NCBI GenBank assembly: GCA_026770705.1
Contig: JANJGN010000038.1
Coordinates: forward strand, 5,704,001 to 5,768,000
DNA length: 64,000 bases
Source: Isurus oxyrinchus
Taxonomy: Eukaryota
Direction: 5' to 3'
Shown here one piece after another: positions 1 through 11,724 of the stretch; position 1 is the first letter of the stretch; the number at the start of each line of letters is the position of its first letter. A model generated the notes under the pieces. It searched no databases, was not told the origin of the DNA, and saw only the letters and a program-made list of their open reading frames with translations. Both the position numbers and the translations under genes were made by a program.

Positions 1-156
1 TGTGCTGTGCCATCTCATGATTCTAATGTTCGATCAATTTCTCTACCACATGGCTCAGGTTCTCAATCGAATTGTACTTCCACAAAACAAGGTTCGGAAC
101 TGCAATAAGATAGCAAAATTTAATATTCTAAGTCGTTCTGCAAGGAGTTGCGTGTA

Positions 157-230
157 GTTTTTGTAGTCCAATGTTATCACATTTGCTGTACATGGGGAAG
201 ATTCTCTGGTTCAAAATTCACTGCGGAGAA
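157..230 (+). pseudogene. Decayed tRNA-Val-like pseudogene
   Basis: GTTTTTGTAGTCCAATGTTATCACATTTGCTGTACATGGGGAAGATTCTCTGGTTCAAAA is colinear with the tRNA-Val at 3025-3097 but its stems are broken. Confidence 0.5.
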
Positions 231-323
231 GTAGAACTGGCAACATTTGTGGAAACATTTCTTGATAACCCAATTCTGTGCGACAATGAATGTTGATGGG
301 AGGAAAAAACATTGGAACCTTCG

Positions 324-384
324 GCCCTGAGAACCACCAAACTTTCAGTTAGTCGAACACGCTGATCAGTTGTGCCGTAGGGAC
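324..384 (-). pseudogene. Decayed tRNA-Asn-like pseudogene with internal deletions
   Basis: Minus strand GTCCCTACGGCACAACTGATCAGCGTGTTCGACTAACTGAAAGTTTGGTGGTTC resembles vertebrate tRNA-Asn(GTT) and the copy at 6117-6190. Confidence 0.45.
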
Positions 385-574
385 GGATGTAACTTTCCAC
401 GTTCTTTGCACAAGTGCAGCCGAGTCTCTTTGAACATCAGCACATCTTTCTCACCTTTTCAAACGTGTTCTTCTTTGTTGTTTTTTAAAAATTACTACGA
501 CTGACTGAGTTACTTCAGTCTTTGCAACATTTTTCTCCATCTCCCATCTTGTTGTCCAGTCGCTTCTTATATAT

Positions 575-1845
575 TACAAAAACATAAATTCCTGGAAAAA
601 CTCAACAGGTCTCACAGACTCGGTGGAGAGGGAAACAGTGTTAACGTTTCGAGTCCGTATAACTCTTCTTCAGAGATGAAGAAAAGTAGAAATTGTTTAA
701 ATTCTCCTGTTTAAGCAGGGCGGGACGGGTGGAGCAGGTGATTCTGGATAGAAGGTCAGTGATAAGTGGGGGCTAAGGAGAGACAGACAAATATTCGCTG
801 GACACAAGACAAAGGGAGTGTTAATTGTAGTGGTAAGGGCTGAAGAAGGTGCTAATAGTGACATAAAGATAAGAAAGCAGGATATGTGAATAGCAGAACA
901 AGGTTCAGCGCTCTGTGAAAAAAACAACATGGAACAAGTAACAGCTGGCCCTTTTGGGGGTGGGATGTGGGAGGGGGAGATAGTTGGGGAAAAAAGATAG
1001 AAAAGGGGATAATAAAAGGGGTGGGGTGAAATAATGAATAAATGAATGAAAATAAGTTAATAAAATACATTTTTATAAGGAGATTTTAAAAAGGGTGAAA
1101 ATGAAGGAGAGATTTCATGATCTGAAGCTGCTGAACTTCATGTTACATCTGGAAGACTATAACGTGCCTAGTTGGAAGATGAGGTGCTGTTCCTCGAGTT
1201 TGTGCTGAGCTTCACTGGAACAATGCAGCAAGCCAAGGACAGACATGTGCACATGACAGCAGAGTGGAGTGTTGAAATGGCAAATGACAGGGTGGTCTGG
1301 GTCATGCTTGCAGACAGACTGAAGATGTTGCACAAAGCGGTTGGCCAGTCTGCGTTTGGTCTCTCCAATGTAACGGAGACCCCATTGGGAGCAGTGAATG
1401 CAATGGACCAAATTGGAGGTGCAAATGAATCGCTGCTTCACCTGAAAGGAGTGTTTGGGCACTTGGAAGGTGAGGAGAGAGGCCCCTAAAGGGCCATCTG
1501 TCATTGCTCTATGTTGTTCTTTCACAAAGTGCAGATCCTTATTCTGCTATTCACACATTCTGCTTTCTTACCTTTTAGCAATTATCAGCACCACTTTTAG
1601 CCCTCACCGCTACCATTAACACTCCCTTTGTCTTGTGCACATAATATCTTTGCCAATTCCTCCTGACTTCCCCAACTGCTCCACCACACGCCCTCGTAAA
1701 CAGTATAAAACAGTAAACATTTCTGCTTCTCTTTAGCTCTGAAGAAGATCACACAGACTCGAGACGTTGACTCTGTTTCTCTCTCCACAGATGCTGTCGG
1801 ATGCTGAGTTTGTACTTCAGATTTCCAGCGTTCACAGTACTTTAA
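575..1845. mobile_element. Old Penelope-like element, foldback form (minus-strand GIY-YIG 3' end + 3'UTR joined at ~1487 to an inverted plus-strand 3'UTR)
   Basis: ORF 1157-1525(-) is GIY-YIG-like (LVHCIHC...YIGETKRRLANRF). 1490-1640 is the reverse complement of ~800-960. Hammerhead cores CTGAAGA..GAAACGTT at ~638-673(-) and CTGAAGA..GAGACGTT at ~1736-1773(+). Confidence 0.8.
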
Positions 1846-1955
1846 CTTAAAAGCATAATGCTTCACCACAGTACTTTGCATTTTCTTCTTATATATTAAT
1901 ATTCGGTTTTTCAGCTTTCCACATAACTTCATATTCTCAGTTAAAGGTTAATGAA

Positions 1956-2028
1956 AGGCTCTAGTGAAGGTTGAACTTACAGCCCCTGATGTATAGGAGC
2001 AGTGCCCCAACCACTGAGCTATGGAGCC
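1956..2028 (-). pseudogene. Decayed tRNA-Thr-like pseudogene
   Basis: Minus strand GGCTCCATAGCTCAGTGGTTGGGGCACTG...GTTCAACCTTCACTAGAGCCT, 73 nt; matches the tRNA-Thr(TGT) scaffold with a mutated anticodon arm. Confidence 0.6.
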
Positions 2029-2283
2029 ACCAGCTAACAAGACCACACAGGAAAGCGACCATATTCAATAGACTGAGGTAGATGCTAAGTCCCACGTGGG
2101 TGACATTTGAGAGACGTGAAAATGTCTGAGATGGAGAACAGGAAGTTAAAAGATGCAACATGAATTTGATGTGTGTCAGTTACTTTCAGAGATGAATTTC
2201 TGCCATGTGCCACCTTGTCAGTTTCACAGTAGCCGCAAGGATGAGGTTGGCGGCACCTGGTTAAAATGAGGAAGAATGTGAAC

Positions 2284-2365
2284 TGTAGTCAGCAGGATTC
2301 AAACCTACAGGGGGAGACCCCAATGGATTTCAAATCCGTCACCTTAAACATTCAGCTCGACTAAC
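2284..2365 (-). pseudogene. tRNA-Ser(TGA) pseudogene
   Basis: Minus strand GTTAGTCGAGCTGAATGTTTAAGGTGACGGATTTGAAATCCATTGGGGTCTCCCCCTGTAGGTTTGAATCCTGCTGACTAC; long variable arm; paralogue of 16818-16899. Confidence 0.75.
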
Positions 2366-3024
2366 AGCTGCTCGCGAGCTCAAATATGTCCTTATCAAAT
2401 CAGAGGTGACTGCAAAATAAGTCAATCGGCCCGTCGTGTCTGTGCTGGCTCTCTGGAAGAGTAGCTCTACCGATTCCACACCTGCCTTTACCCCCACAAC
2501 AATTTATATTTCTATTGCCTCTCCATGCTTTTCCAAACAAAATAAAGGACCACAACCCGCCCTGTATTGAACTAGAGCTCCCTCTTGTTCTCCAAAAAGG
2601 AATTCCTAAAGTGTGCAAAAGTGGGAATGTGACTCAAACTGTGGCAGCGCTGGAATTAGGATCAACTCCTCGAGGGACTGGAAGGAACCCAAGTCCAAAT
2701 CTCCATGTCACTGGGTCAGGGAAACTGTGCATGGATTCTGCAGAAACTCATTCTTCAAAAGTGAATTAGACAGTTGAAATAGAGAAATTGAGGCTTATGG
2801 AAAGAGAGAGGAATATTGAGACTAATTGATTGCTCTTTAAAAAAGAAGCTGCGATGATCTAATTACTCTCCAACACGCTGTGCCATTTGATGATGACAAT
2901 GTTGATCAGTCTGTCTCCAGCATTCCTGATGAGAACAGCCGAATTCCATTTCTTCAAAACATGGACCCAAAGTGCTGCTGTGGAACTGCATTGTAGTCAG
3001 GTGCACTTGACACTGGTGCGTGAT

Positions 3025-3097
3025 GTTTCTGTAGCGTAGTGGTTTTCACATTCGCCTTACACGCGAAAGGTCCTCGGTTCAAAACGAGGCAGAAACA
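3025..3097 (+). tRNA. TRNAV-UAC: tRNA-Val(TAC), near-intact (T-arm imperfect; may be a young pseudogene)
   Basis: GTTTCTG/CAGAAAC acceptor stem, A-box TAGCGTAGTGG, anticodon loop CT-TAC-AC, B-box GGTTCAAAAC; 73 nt. Confidence 0.75.
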
Positions 3098-4458
3098 TTA
3101 TTGAAAATTGTTCAATTAGGGGAGAGGGAAAGTTGCTTTGTTCCCTGCTTGTTGTTGAATATTAGCTGAATGCAGAATCTCACATTCGGATTGCACTTAC
3201 TCTTCGTCTTTTCACAAAGTGGACACAGCAAAGTGAGGATATCCTTCAACTGGCAGCCGGTGAGTGGGGAATATTCAAAATGAATATTCAATAAATTGAA
3301 TATTGGAACTCGCCGGGTAACAGGACAGTTGGCGATTTCTGTCCTCTTTAGTCGCTTAGGGACCCAATGACAACGTGGGACTGTGAGCCAATGAATACTG
3401 CTCCAGCTAACAACAATCGCTGTTGTTATTGGCTGAAGAAGTCGTTTGTGTTCGACATAAACGTGTCATTTTGTGGGAGAAAAGTGCCTCTAGTGAAAGA
3501 GATGTGAAATGAAAATAAAATGCACAGGTAGCATGGATAAGCCGGGCTGTGAAGTTGCAAGTCTTGGGGTCTAGTGGTTAGGATTTAGCGCTTATAAATG
3601 TCATGCGAATGATTAAAATAAATGTGCATTACTTCCTGACTGAAAACTGAAAACGCATATCAGCTCCGCCTGAATCAGTGGAGTGAGAGCTGCAGTTTTG
3701 CATCAGAGCCGGAAATGTCACCTGTGCAACAGGTCGGGAACAAACACAGAGGTGAAGGTAGGGAATCAGAGAAGGGCTGTGATAGGCTGAAAAGCAATGA
3801 CCATAGAAATGGTGGTGCATGGGAAAATGTAGAGGTGATAGTGGAGATTGTATTGTTTGCAATGACACAAATATTTCCCAGACCTGTTTCCTAATCTCGT
3901 GCTAAATGAGAAGGAAATTTCCCACTGAATTTACTCAGTCCCATGACCTTAAAGGTGCTGAACACAAGGGAAGAATGTGGATTTTACTGGAATGGGTTGT
4001 AAGATGATGGAATGACTGTGAAGGCAACAGCAGTGAGGATAGAAATGAAATAATTATAGAAAATTACAGCACAGAAAGAGGCCATTCGGCCCGGCGCGCT
4101 GCTTTGAAAGAGCAGTTGTGATTGGTTGATCAGTGATATTCGTCCCAGTTTGAACGGCAGGAAGAAAAATCTGTCCCATTCGCACCCACATTTTGCACCA
4201 TCATCCCTTTAGTCTGTTTCTCTCTCATGCCTTGTAACCTATCACAGTCCTTCCCTTTTGTCCTTTCACTCCCCTCCCTCCCGCCTCTGGAATTGTTTTC
4301 CACCTGTTACATCTCTGACTTTTCCAGCTCTGATGAAAGATCATCCAGCTGGAAGATTATCTCTGTTTCTCACTCCACAGACGCTGCCAGACCTGATTTC
4401 ATTCAATAAGGAATTCCTGTTCATTGTGATAGTTCACACAACGGAAAGGAAAAGGTTT

Positions 4459-4510
4459 TTTCCTGTACGGGAATTAAACCTAGGCTGCAGCGGTGAAAGC
4501 ACCAAATGCT
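4459..4510 (-). pseudogene. tRNA-Glu(TTC) 3' fragment
   Basis: Minus strand ATTTGGTGCTTTCACCGCTGCAGCCTAGGTTTAATTCCCGTACAGGAAA; another 5' Glu fragment lies at ~3562-3595(+). Confidence 0.5.
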
Positions 4511-5895
4511 CAGAATTAAATACTCTGACTTTCAATGACGCAGAGAGCAGTTTTCACTCAGAAACCAGAAGCTGTGATATTAACAAAGCAGGATGGAGAA
4601 AGATTCGGTTTGAGCGGTGACACTGCCGGAGGAATGGAGACCTGGGGATCACCCATGAAAGCAGCAAAGTTTAAAAAGGGAATTTCGTCGAGCACAGGTC
4701 GCAAACCCAACAACCTGGCATTAAGAATCTCAGACGCTGTCGACTGAACTCGCCAGGCATGTAAGAAGAGCAAAGTATTGCACATCCCAACATCCATGGA
4801 GATCATGGCTGTTATAGACCTCAAGCCTCAGCTTGTTCTGAATTTCAAAGGTGATCGACCTCCAAAAGCCCCAAGTTTGCAATACATTCCTCTCAATCAT
4901 CAATAACATCATTCACATCTTCCACTTCTTAGCTGCACCTCCTTCCAAACATTGCAAACCCCTCTTCAATCTTTCATCTTGATATTGTCTCTGTAACATT
5001 TTAGTATGAAACTGCACAACCAATATGAATAAAGCTTGTGATGGTGAAAATGTGTTCAACCCCTCGGGGAACTGAAGCACATTGACACACACAGACCTTT
5101 ACACCGAGAGTGACAAACACCCAGAAAACAAGGATGTCACCAACTTGGCCAATTATTGTTCCATTTCAGCTTGCAAATTTAGTGAATGTTTGCAGAGGAA
5201 CGGAAATAAGAAACACGGAAATAGTTGAATGGTTTTTATTTCATTTAACTGATCATTAATTCCGAAGGCAGTTTGCTAAAGTCAGGAGTGATTCGGGCTG
5301 TGACACAGGAAGGGACGAATGACGATCAGGAGGAGGCCATTCAGCCCTTTGAACCTGCTCCGCCATTCAGTAAGATCATGGCTGATCTAATTGTGTCTCA
5401 AGGCTTCTCTGTCTCCTCAATATTTGGAAAATATTGTCAGTTGGCAGCTGGGAAAATGGAGAAGGACCCAAAACAGAAAACCCAGTCTCCAGCTTTGTGA
5501 ATCTTTAGAAACTCTTTGGGAACCAGAATCAGAGGAGAATGAAGGGTGATCTGTTCGACTGACCAGAGACATTCAAGGCACCTTTCCCTTCTTTAAGACG
5601 CTGGAACATTGACTCTGAAGTTATCAGTGAAATTAACTGACCTGAGAGATTGAAATGATTCTCGTTACTGCACATCAGGAACTCAAACCTAACATCGGCT
5701 TCAGGACAATCAGAAAACTTGGTAACAGACAAGACACCAAAAGGCTGGAAAGAAGACGGCACCGGTTGTCGGAAAGCACGTTCCTGGTGATATGGATGTG
5801 TCAGCAGTGGGTGGGATCAGCCTGTTTCCATGTATCCACAGTGAACGTCCCTCCCTTTATTTTGGAAGAGTAAAAGTGAAGAGAACAATTGTCAT

Positions 5896-6033
5896 AAAAA
5901 CAAAAAAACTGCGGATGCTGGAAATCCAAAACAAAAACAGAATTACCTGGAAAAACTCAGCAGGTCTGGCAGCACAGGCGGAGAAGAAAAGAGTTGACGT
6001 TTCGAGTCCTCATGACCCTTCAACAGAACTAGG
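5896..6033 (-). mobile_element. Solo 3'-terminal fragment of the young Penelope family (tail + hammerhead)
   Basis: Near-identical to 11202-11333; flanked by ATTGTCAT direct repeat (5888-5895, 6034-6041). Confidence 0.85.
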
Positions 6034-6116
6034 ATTGTCATCCCGGTAGCAGCAATCTGAAGCTTAAATTCACTGACACCCTGGTTTAGGAAAGTTGGCA
6101 AGTCAGCCTTACGTCT

Positions 6117-6190
6117 GTCTCTGTGGCACAATTGTTTATCACATTCAACTGTTAAGCAAAAAGTTGATGGTTCAAAACCACCCAGAGACA
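6117..6190 (+). pseudogene. tRNA-Asn(GTT) pseudogene
   Basis: GTCTCTG/CAGAGAC acceptor stem and CT-GTT-AA loop; D, anticodon and T stems carry multiple C>T/G>A changes. Confidence 0.75.
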
Positions 6191-6872
6191 AAAGTGTCAA
6201 GCTATTTTTCCCTATCAGCTTTCATTGTCACACAGTTCCGGGCTCTCATTGGCTACTTGAGCTGCAAGGAAATATCCTGCAAACTTTACCCTTAACCAGT
6301 GTGTTCCCACACCGATGTTTTTGTTTTGAATGTTCATTTCAAACACAATAAAAAACAATAAATGACTATATAATTACACCTAACTCAATAGACACCTGTG
6401 AAATTATTGGAGTCAAACAAACCCGTCAATGATTCTCTCTTTCTCGGCTCCACAGTGAGTGAGACAGGGATAAGCAGAAAAGTAGCTATATTCCGGCCCA
6501 GCACTCTCCAATCACCCGCTGCCAGCTGAAAGATTTTCTCACTTTGCTGAGGGTTTATCCTGTGAAGTGGTGAAGAGGAAATGTAATGTGACTGAGATAT
6601 ATTACATTCACTTAACATGCAACTACAAACGCGAATGATGTAAAAGGTGCCAGCTCACTGTCAAAATAGATGCCTGTCATGCTTCATTTTAACAGGAAGA
6701 GGGAGGAGAGACAATATCAATTTGAATTGCAGTAGAGAAAATGTGGGGTTATTAAATTAACTGTATTCCTTTTGCCATCAGCCGGCATTGTTACGAAGGG
6801 CAGAATGTCGTCTTCCTCTGCTGTAGATATTTATGATTTTATACCATCGACATTAACCTGTGCACAGGGCCG

Positions 6873-6925
6873 GTTGTCGTGGTCGATTGATTTAGGTGAT
6901 GGAGCCCAAGTCCATTGAGATTCCC
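6873..6925 (+). pseudogene. tRNA-Ser 5' fragment, decayed
   Basis: GTTGTCGTGGTCGATTGATTTAGGTGATGGAGCCCAAGTCCATTGAGATTCCC aligns to the first two-thirds of 16818-16899. Confidence 0.45.
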
Positions 6926-8552
6926 ACTTGTCATTATTCCTGGTTTAAAATGTGTCTACAGAGTTAATTATCGGTTAAATGCAATAAAATCCATACAAAC
7001 ACTTGGGTTTTTTTCTATTTCTGTTCGTTCACGAAAACACTCATGAAACTTGGAACTGGAATAAAACTTGGTGTCATGCTTGCTTTATGAATATTTGCCT
7101 CTCCTTAGAGACAAACCTTTGCCCTCTGTCACCCTCGGTGCATATGTTTGTGTCTGTTCCTCTGTGTGTGTCAATGTGAGTCAGTTCCCCGAGGGGTGAA
7201 AACATTTTTACCATCACTAACTTTATTTAAATTAGTTGTACAACTTCATGTTAAAACGTTAGAGAAAAATGTGAGGATGAAAAATGAAAGAGAGTTTGAA
7301 ATTTTTGGAACGAGGTCTAACTAAGAAGTGGAAGATGTGAACGATGTTACTGAGATTGAGAGGAATGCATTGCAACCTTGGGGCTTTTGCAGGTCGACTC
7401 CCTTCTACACTCAGATTCAGAACAAGCTGAGGCTCCTGGTGAAAAAAACACGTCTGTCGCCATATGTGCTGGGATATGAAGGATCCCTTCCCCCATTCCC
7501 GGCTACCTCAGTCAATAGAATATAAAACGCTTAATTTCAGGAGCCCCATGCTGGGGGCTGTTGTCATTTGCAATCTTGCTGCTCTAAAACAAAAAAAAAC
7601 ACAACCTCATTCAGTGGCACCGGCAAGGCAGACATTCACCACTGGCACCAACTGACAGACATCAAATTCAAAACATTTTCATATCGCGTTTCTTTCTGCT
7701 TCTGTCCCTGTGTCGCCTCCAGCTCCCTCTGCCCCTACAGCTCCCGGGTCAATTAGCTGCTTGATGCAGACACAGTCAGTTCGTGGGAATGTAAGACACA
7801 AGACGATAGGTTTGCAGACCATAGAGTCAAAAGACACCAGGATCTCATTTTCCTGATTCCCCCAGGTACGGATTACAGGAATGTGCACAGTGCCGATTAT
7901 CCAAGTCACACTCGCCTCCCAGTCTTGTCTACGTTAATCAGCTTTGAAGTTGTTCACATTTTTACACTGGATTTCAATGTGAAGAAAGCAGAGCTGTGAT
8001 AAGCTTATATTTGTTCAGCAGATGTACTGCAGGAAGGTGCCGAACAGGCTGATGATAACAGTACTCTTTGGACGCGGTGAGCTCCAGTGAAGGATCGGCA
8101 CCATTAACGTGTCGCTCATTTAGTCTCGTGACTAATCTCGTGCTGGAAATGGCAAGAAAACTCGTTGAATTTGCTCCGTGTTTTGGTTTCAGACGAGCCG
8201 ATTACAAGGTAAGAAAGCGCACTTATCTAGAGTGGGTTATAAAAAGGCAGTGTTGGTGGTGTTGGGAAACATAACATTATAGATAATTACAGCATAGAAA
8301 GAGCCGATTGGGCCCGGCGCGCTGCTTTCAAAGCGGAGTTGATTGATCAGAAGGGATATTTGTGCCGGTGCAAATAGGAGACAGTAACATTCATCCTTCT
8401 CCCACCGATATTTCGCCTTGCAACCAGCCCTTCTTCTTTTCTGTTTATTCGCGACTTATTCGAAGTGTGATATTTCTTGCTGTGAGGCTAAGCTTTTAAC
8501 TCTTGGTGGAGCTGTTCGCAAATAGAAATTGACCACACTCAACAAACCTTCA

Positions 8553-8624
8553 TTCCCTGACTGGAAATCAAATCCCGGCCGTGGTGCTGAAAGCGCCGAA
8601 TCCTAACCACTAGACAACCAAGGA
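8553..8624 (-). pseudogene. tRNA-Glu(TTC), mutated
   Basis: Minus strand TCCTTGGTTGTCTAGTGGTTAGGATTCGGCGCTTTCAGCACCACGGCCGGGATTTGATTTCCAGTCAGGGAA, 72 nt; B-box damaged. Confidence 0.75.
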
Positions 8625-9807
8625 ATCGATCAAAATGCTTTTCGATTTGGCTTATCTACGCTGCTTTTGCCTATTGTTTTTCAGTTCAGATCTTTTTCAC
8701 CACAAAACTGCCTGTTTAGCCTAAACACAAACGAATTCTTCAGCCAATGAAAACAACGGTTTCTGTGAGCTGGAACATGAACTCGACAGTGAGGTGAATA
8801 GTCCCACAAGCTGCTCATGCGTAACTTTCCATTTCCAAACCCTCCACCCTATTCGCTGTGGGCCAATGGAAGCGCCGATCCCCAGTCATGAGACATAAGG
8901 GAAAGTACCAGAAAGGTTTGACATTTGGCATTTAGAGGTTACTTTCCACTTTTTTTTTTCATTCCCGATCTTCTCACCAGACAGAACTGTTTAGGTTGAA
9001 CACAGGAGACTTCTTTCGCCAATGAGAAGAACTATTGCTGTTAGCTGGAACATTAAATCGATACGTTGCTCCTTTAGGACAGTTGTTAAAGCCTCCCCCT
9101 TTGACCGAGCTTTTAGTATTCTGATCGAATATGAGGCTCGGTGTCACACTTTATTGTATAATGATCACGGGGGACGCCTTGTGACGTTTCAACAGATTAA
9201 ATGCACTTTATCAATATAAGTTATTAATGCAGAAGCATTATCAAAACTTGCCCTTTTAAGTGAGAGGAAAGCCGCCTTGTTCCTGTTTGTTGGTGGATAT
9301 TAACTGAGCGCAGTATATTACAAGCGTCTTAGATTCGCCCTTCACCATTTCACAGAATAAAGACTCAGGAAAGTGAGTGTATCTGTTTGCTGGCAGCGGG
9401 TGATTGGAGAGTGCGGGGCCGGAATGTTGCTGCTTTTCTGCTTTTCCCTGTCTCACTCACTGCGGAGCTGAGGAAGAGGGAATCATTAACGGGTCTATTT
9501 GATCCAATAACTTCATAGATTTGTAGGTACCTGGTTGGTCAGTTGTTAAATTATATTTTACATTTATATTCAGATAAAAAAACACTGCTGTTGGAACCCG
9601 CTGAGCAACAGGAGAGTTGGATTATTTTCTCTTTGTCGCTTAAGGACCCAATAACAACCCGGAACTGTCTGACGATGGATGTTGTTTGTGTTTTATATAA
9701 ACGTGTCAATTTGGGGGAGAAACGTTCCTCTAATGAAAGAGGTCGGAAATGAAAATAAAAGGCACAGACAGCATGGCTTACCCAGGTTGTGAGGCTTGTG
9801 AGCACCT

Positions 9808-9879
9808 TCCTTGGTGGCCCAATAGCTAGGATTCTGCGCTTTCATAGTCAGGGCGTGGGTTCAATTCCTGATGAAGGAG
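9808..9879 (+). pseudogene. tRNA-Glu(TTC) pseudogene
   Basis: TCCTTGGTGGCCCAATAGCTAGGATTCTGCGCTTTCATAGTCAGGGCGTGGGTTCAATTCCTGATGAAGGAG; same upstream flank as the other Glu copies. Confidence 0.65.
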
Positions 9880-10396
9880 CAGTGATTTAATAACCTTGGC
9901 GAAGTGCTGGGATGACCCTGAGTAATAGAACATGCAGAAATCCTGCATATCACCTCTACCAGAATGAATGGAGCAAGAGCTGGAATTTGGTACCACAGCT
10001 GGGACTGGCATCAGTGCAACAGAGCAAACGCAGAGGTTAAGAAATGGGATGCAAGAGCATTGCAAATTCCTCTTTCATCTTGATACTTTTCTCTGTTACA
10101 TTGTAATGTGAAGCTGCACAACCAATGTGTAAAACGTTTGTGGTGGGAAAAAATGTGTACAACCCCTCAGGGGACTGAATCACATTGACACACAGAGAGG
10201 AACACACACAGACATGTACACCGAGAGTGACAGAGGCCTAAGGAGAGACAAAGACCCAGAAAACAACGGTGTCATCAAATTGGTCAATGATTGTTCCATT
10301 TCAGACTCCAAATTTAGTGAATGTTTGCAACTAAAATAACTTTGAGTGACACGGATGAGAAGAAGATTTATGATTAATTCTGCAGACAGTATGTAA

Positions 10397-10720
10397 TTCA
10401 TTCTCGGGATGTGGGTTTCGCTGGCTGGGCCAGCATTTATTGCTCATCCCATTGTCCCTTGAGAAGGTGCTGCTGAGCTGCCTTCTTGAAACGCAGCAGT
10501 CCCTGTTGTGTAGGTACACCCAGAGTGCTGTTAGGAAGGGAGTTCCAGGATTTTGACCCAGCGACAGTGAAGAAACAGCGACATATTTCCAAGTCAAGAG
10601 GGTGAGTGCCTTGCAGGAGAAATTCCAAATGGTCGTGTTCCCATCTATTTGCTGCCCTTGTTTTTCTAGATGGTAATTGTCGTGGGCTTGGAAGGTTCTG
10701 TCTAAGGAGGCTTGGTGATT
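10397..10720 (-). mobile_element. 3' end of a non-LTR retrotransposon (CR1/L2-like); related copies at ~19095-19590(-), ~44160-44430(-), ~45300-45635(+)
   Basis: Frame 10437-10730(-) gives FFTVAGSKSWNSLP...FKKAAQQHLLKG, typical of a LINE ORF2 C-terminus; dispersed copies share the CCTTGAGAAGGTG core. Confidence 0.65.
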
Positions 10721-11724
10721 CCATGCACATGTGATAACCACTCCCCTACAGAACAATACCTGACAAAGCCAGAGGCACCTGCACACTATGTTAAACTGTG
10801 AGGTCCTGCAGCCGCACTTTGCATCTTTGTTTTACAGAAATGGAATTCGGTTGACAAATTTAGAAATGTTGTCATCAAATTAATCTGGTGTTGTCATCAC
10901 AAAATGGCAGAGTGTGCGAGGAGACCATTTAAACCATCATATCAATATCAGCTTTTTACAATGTTCTTTCCAATTAGTCTCAATTTCCTTCTCTTTCTCC
11001 ATCATCCTGATCGTTTTTCTCCCTTTCAAGTCATTATCCAATTCCCTTTCGAAAACTCTGAGTTAAGGAAAACAATATTGGAAGAGGCGCAGGAGCTGCT
11101 GCCGTGTCCATGCTCAGTGTGTGAACATTAACAAAGTTCCCCTGACCCAGTGACATGAAGAGCTAGACTGGGGATTCTTACACAGCTTTCGAAAAAATTA
11201 AAACAAAAAAACTGCGGATGCTGGAAATCCAAAACAAAAACAGAATTACCTGGAAAAACTCAGCAGGTCTGGCAGCATCGGCGGAGAAGAAAAGAGTTGA
11301 CGTTTCGAGTCCTCATGACCCTTCGACAGAACTTGAGTTCGAGTCCAAGAAAAGGTTGAAATATAAGCTGGTTTAAGGTGTGTGTGTGGGGGGGCGGAGA
11401 GATAGAGAGAGAGAGAGGTGGGTGGGGGTTGTGGTTGTGTGAACAAACAAGCAGTGATAGAAGCAAATCATCAAAAGATGTCAACGACAATGGTACAATA
11501 GAACACATAGGTGTTAAAGTTAAAGTTCGTGATATTATCTAAACGAATGTGCTAATTAATAATGGATGGTAGGGCACTCAAGGTATAGCTCTAATGGGGG
11601 TGGGGAGAGCATAAAAGATTTTAAAATATTTAAAAATAATGGAAATAGGTGGGAAAAGAAAAATCTATATAATTTTTTGGAAAAAGGGGGGAAACATAAA
11701 TGGGGTGGGGATGGGGGAGGGAGC

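Larger units (their letters stand above)
3150..10390. repeat. Mosaic of duplicated tRNA-cluster spacer units (direct and inverted)
   Basis: ~3350-3780 matches ~9635-10050 (direct) and ~8625-8770 (inverted). ~4740-5260 matches ~7000-7520 (inverted) and ~10065-10385 (direct). ~3150-3270 matches ~6500-6620 (inverted). Confidence 0.75.
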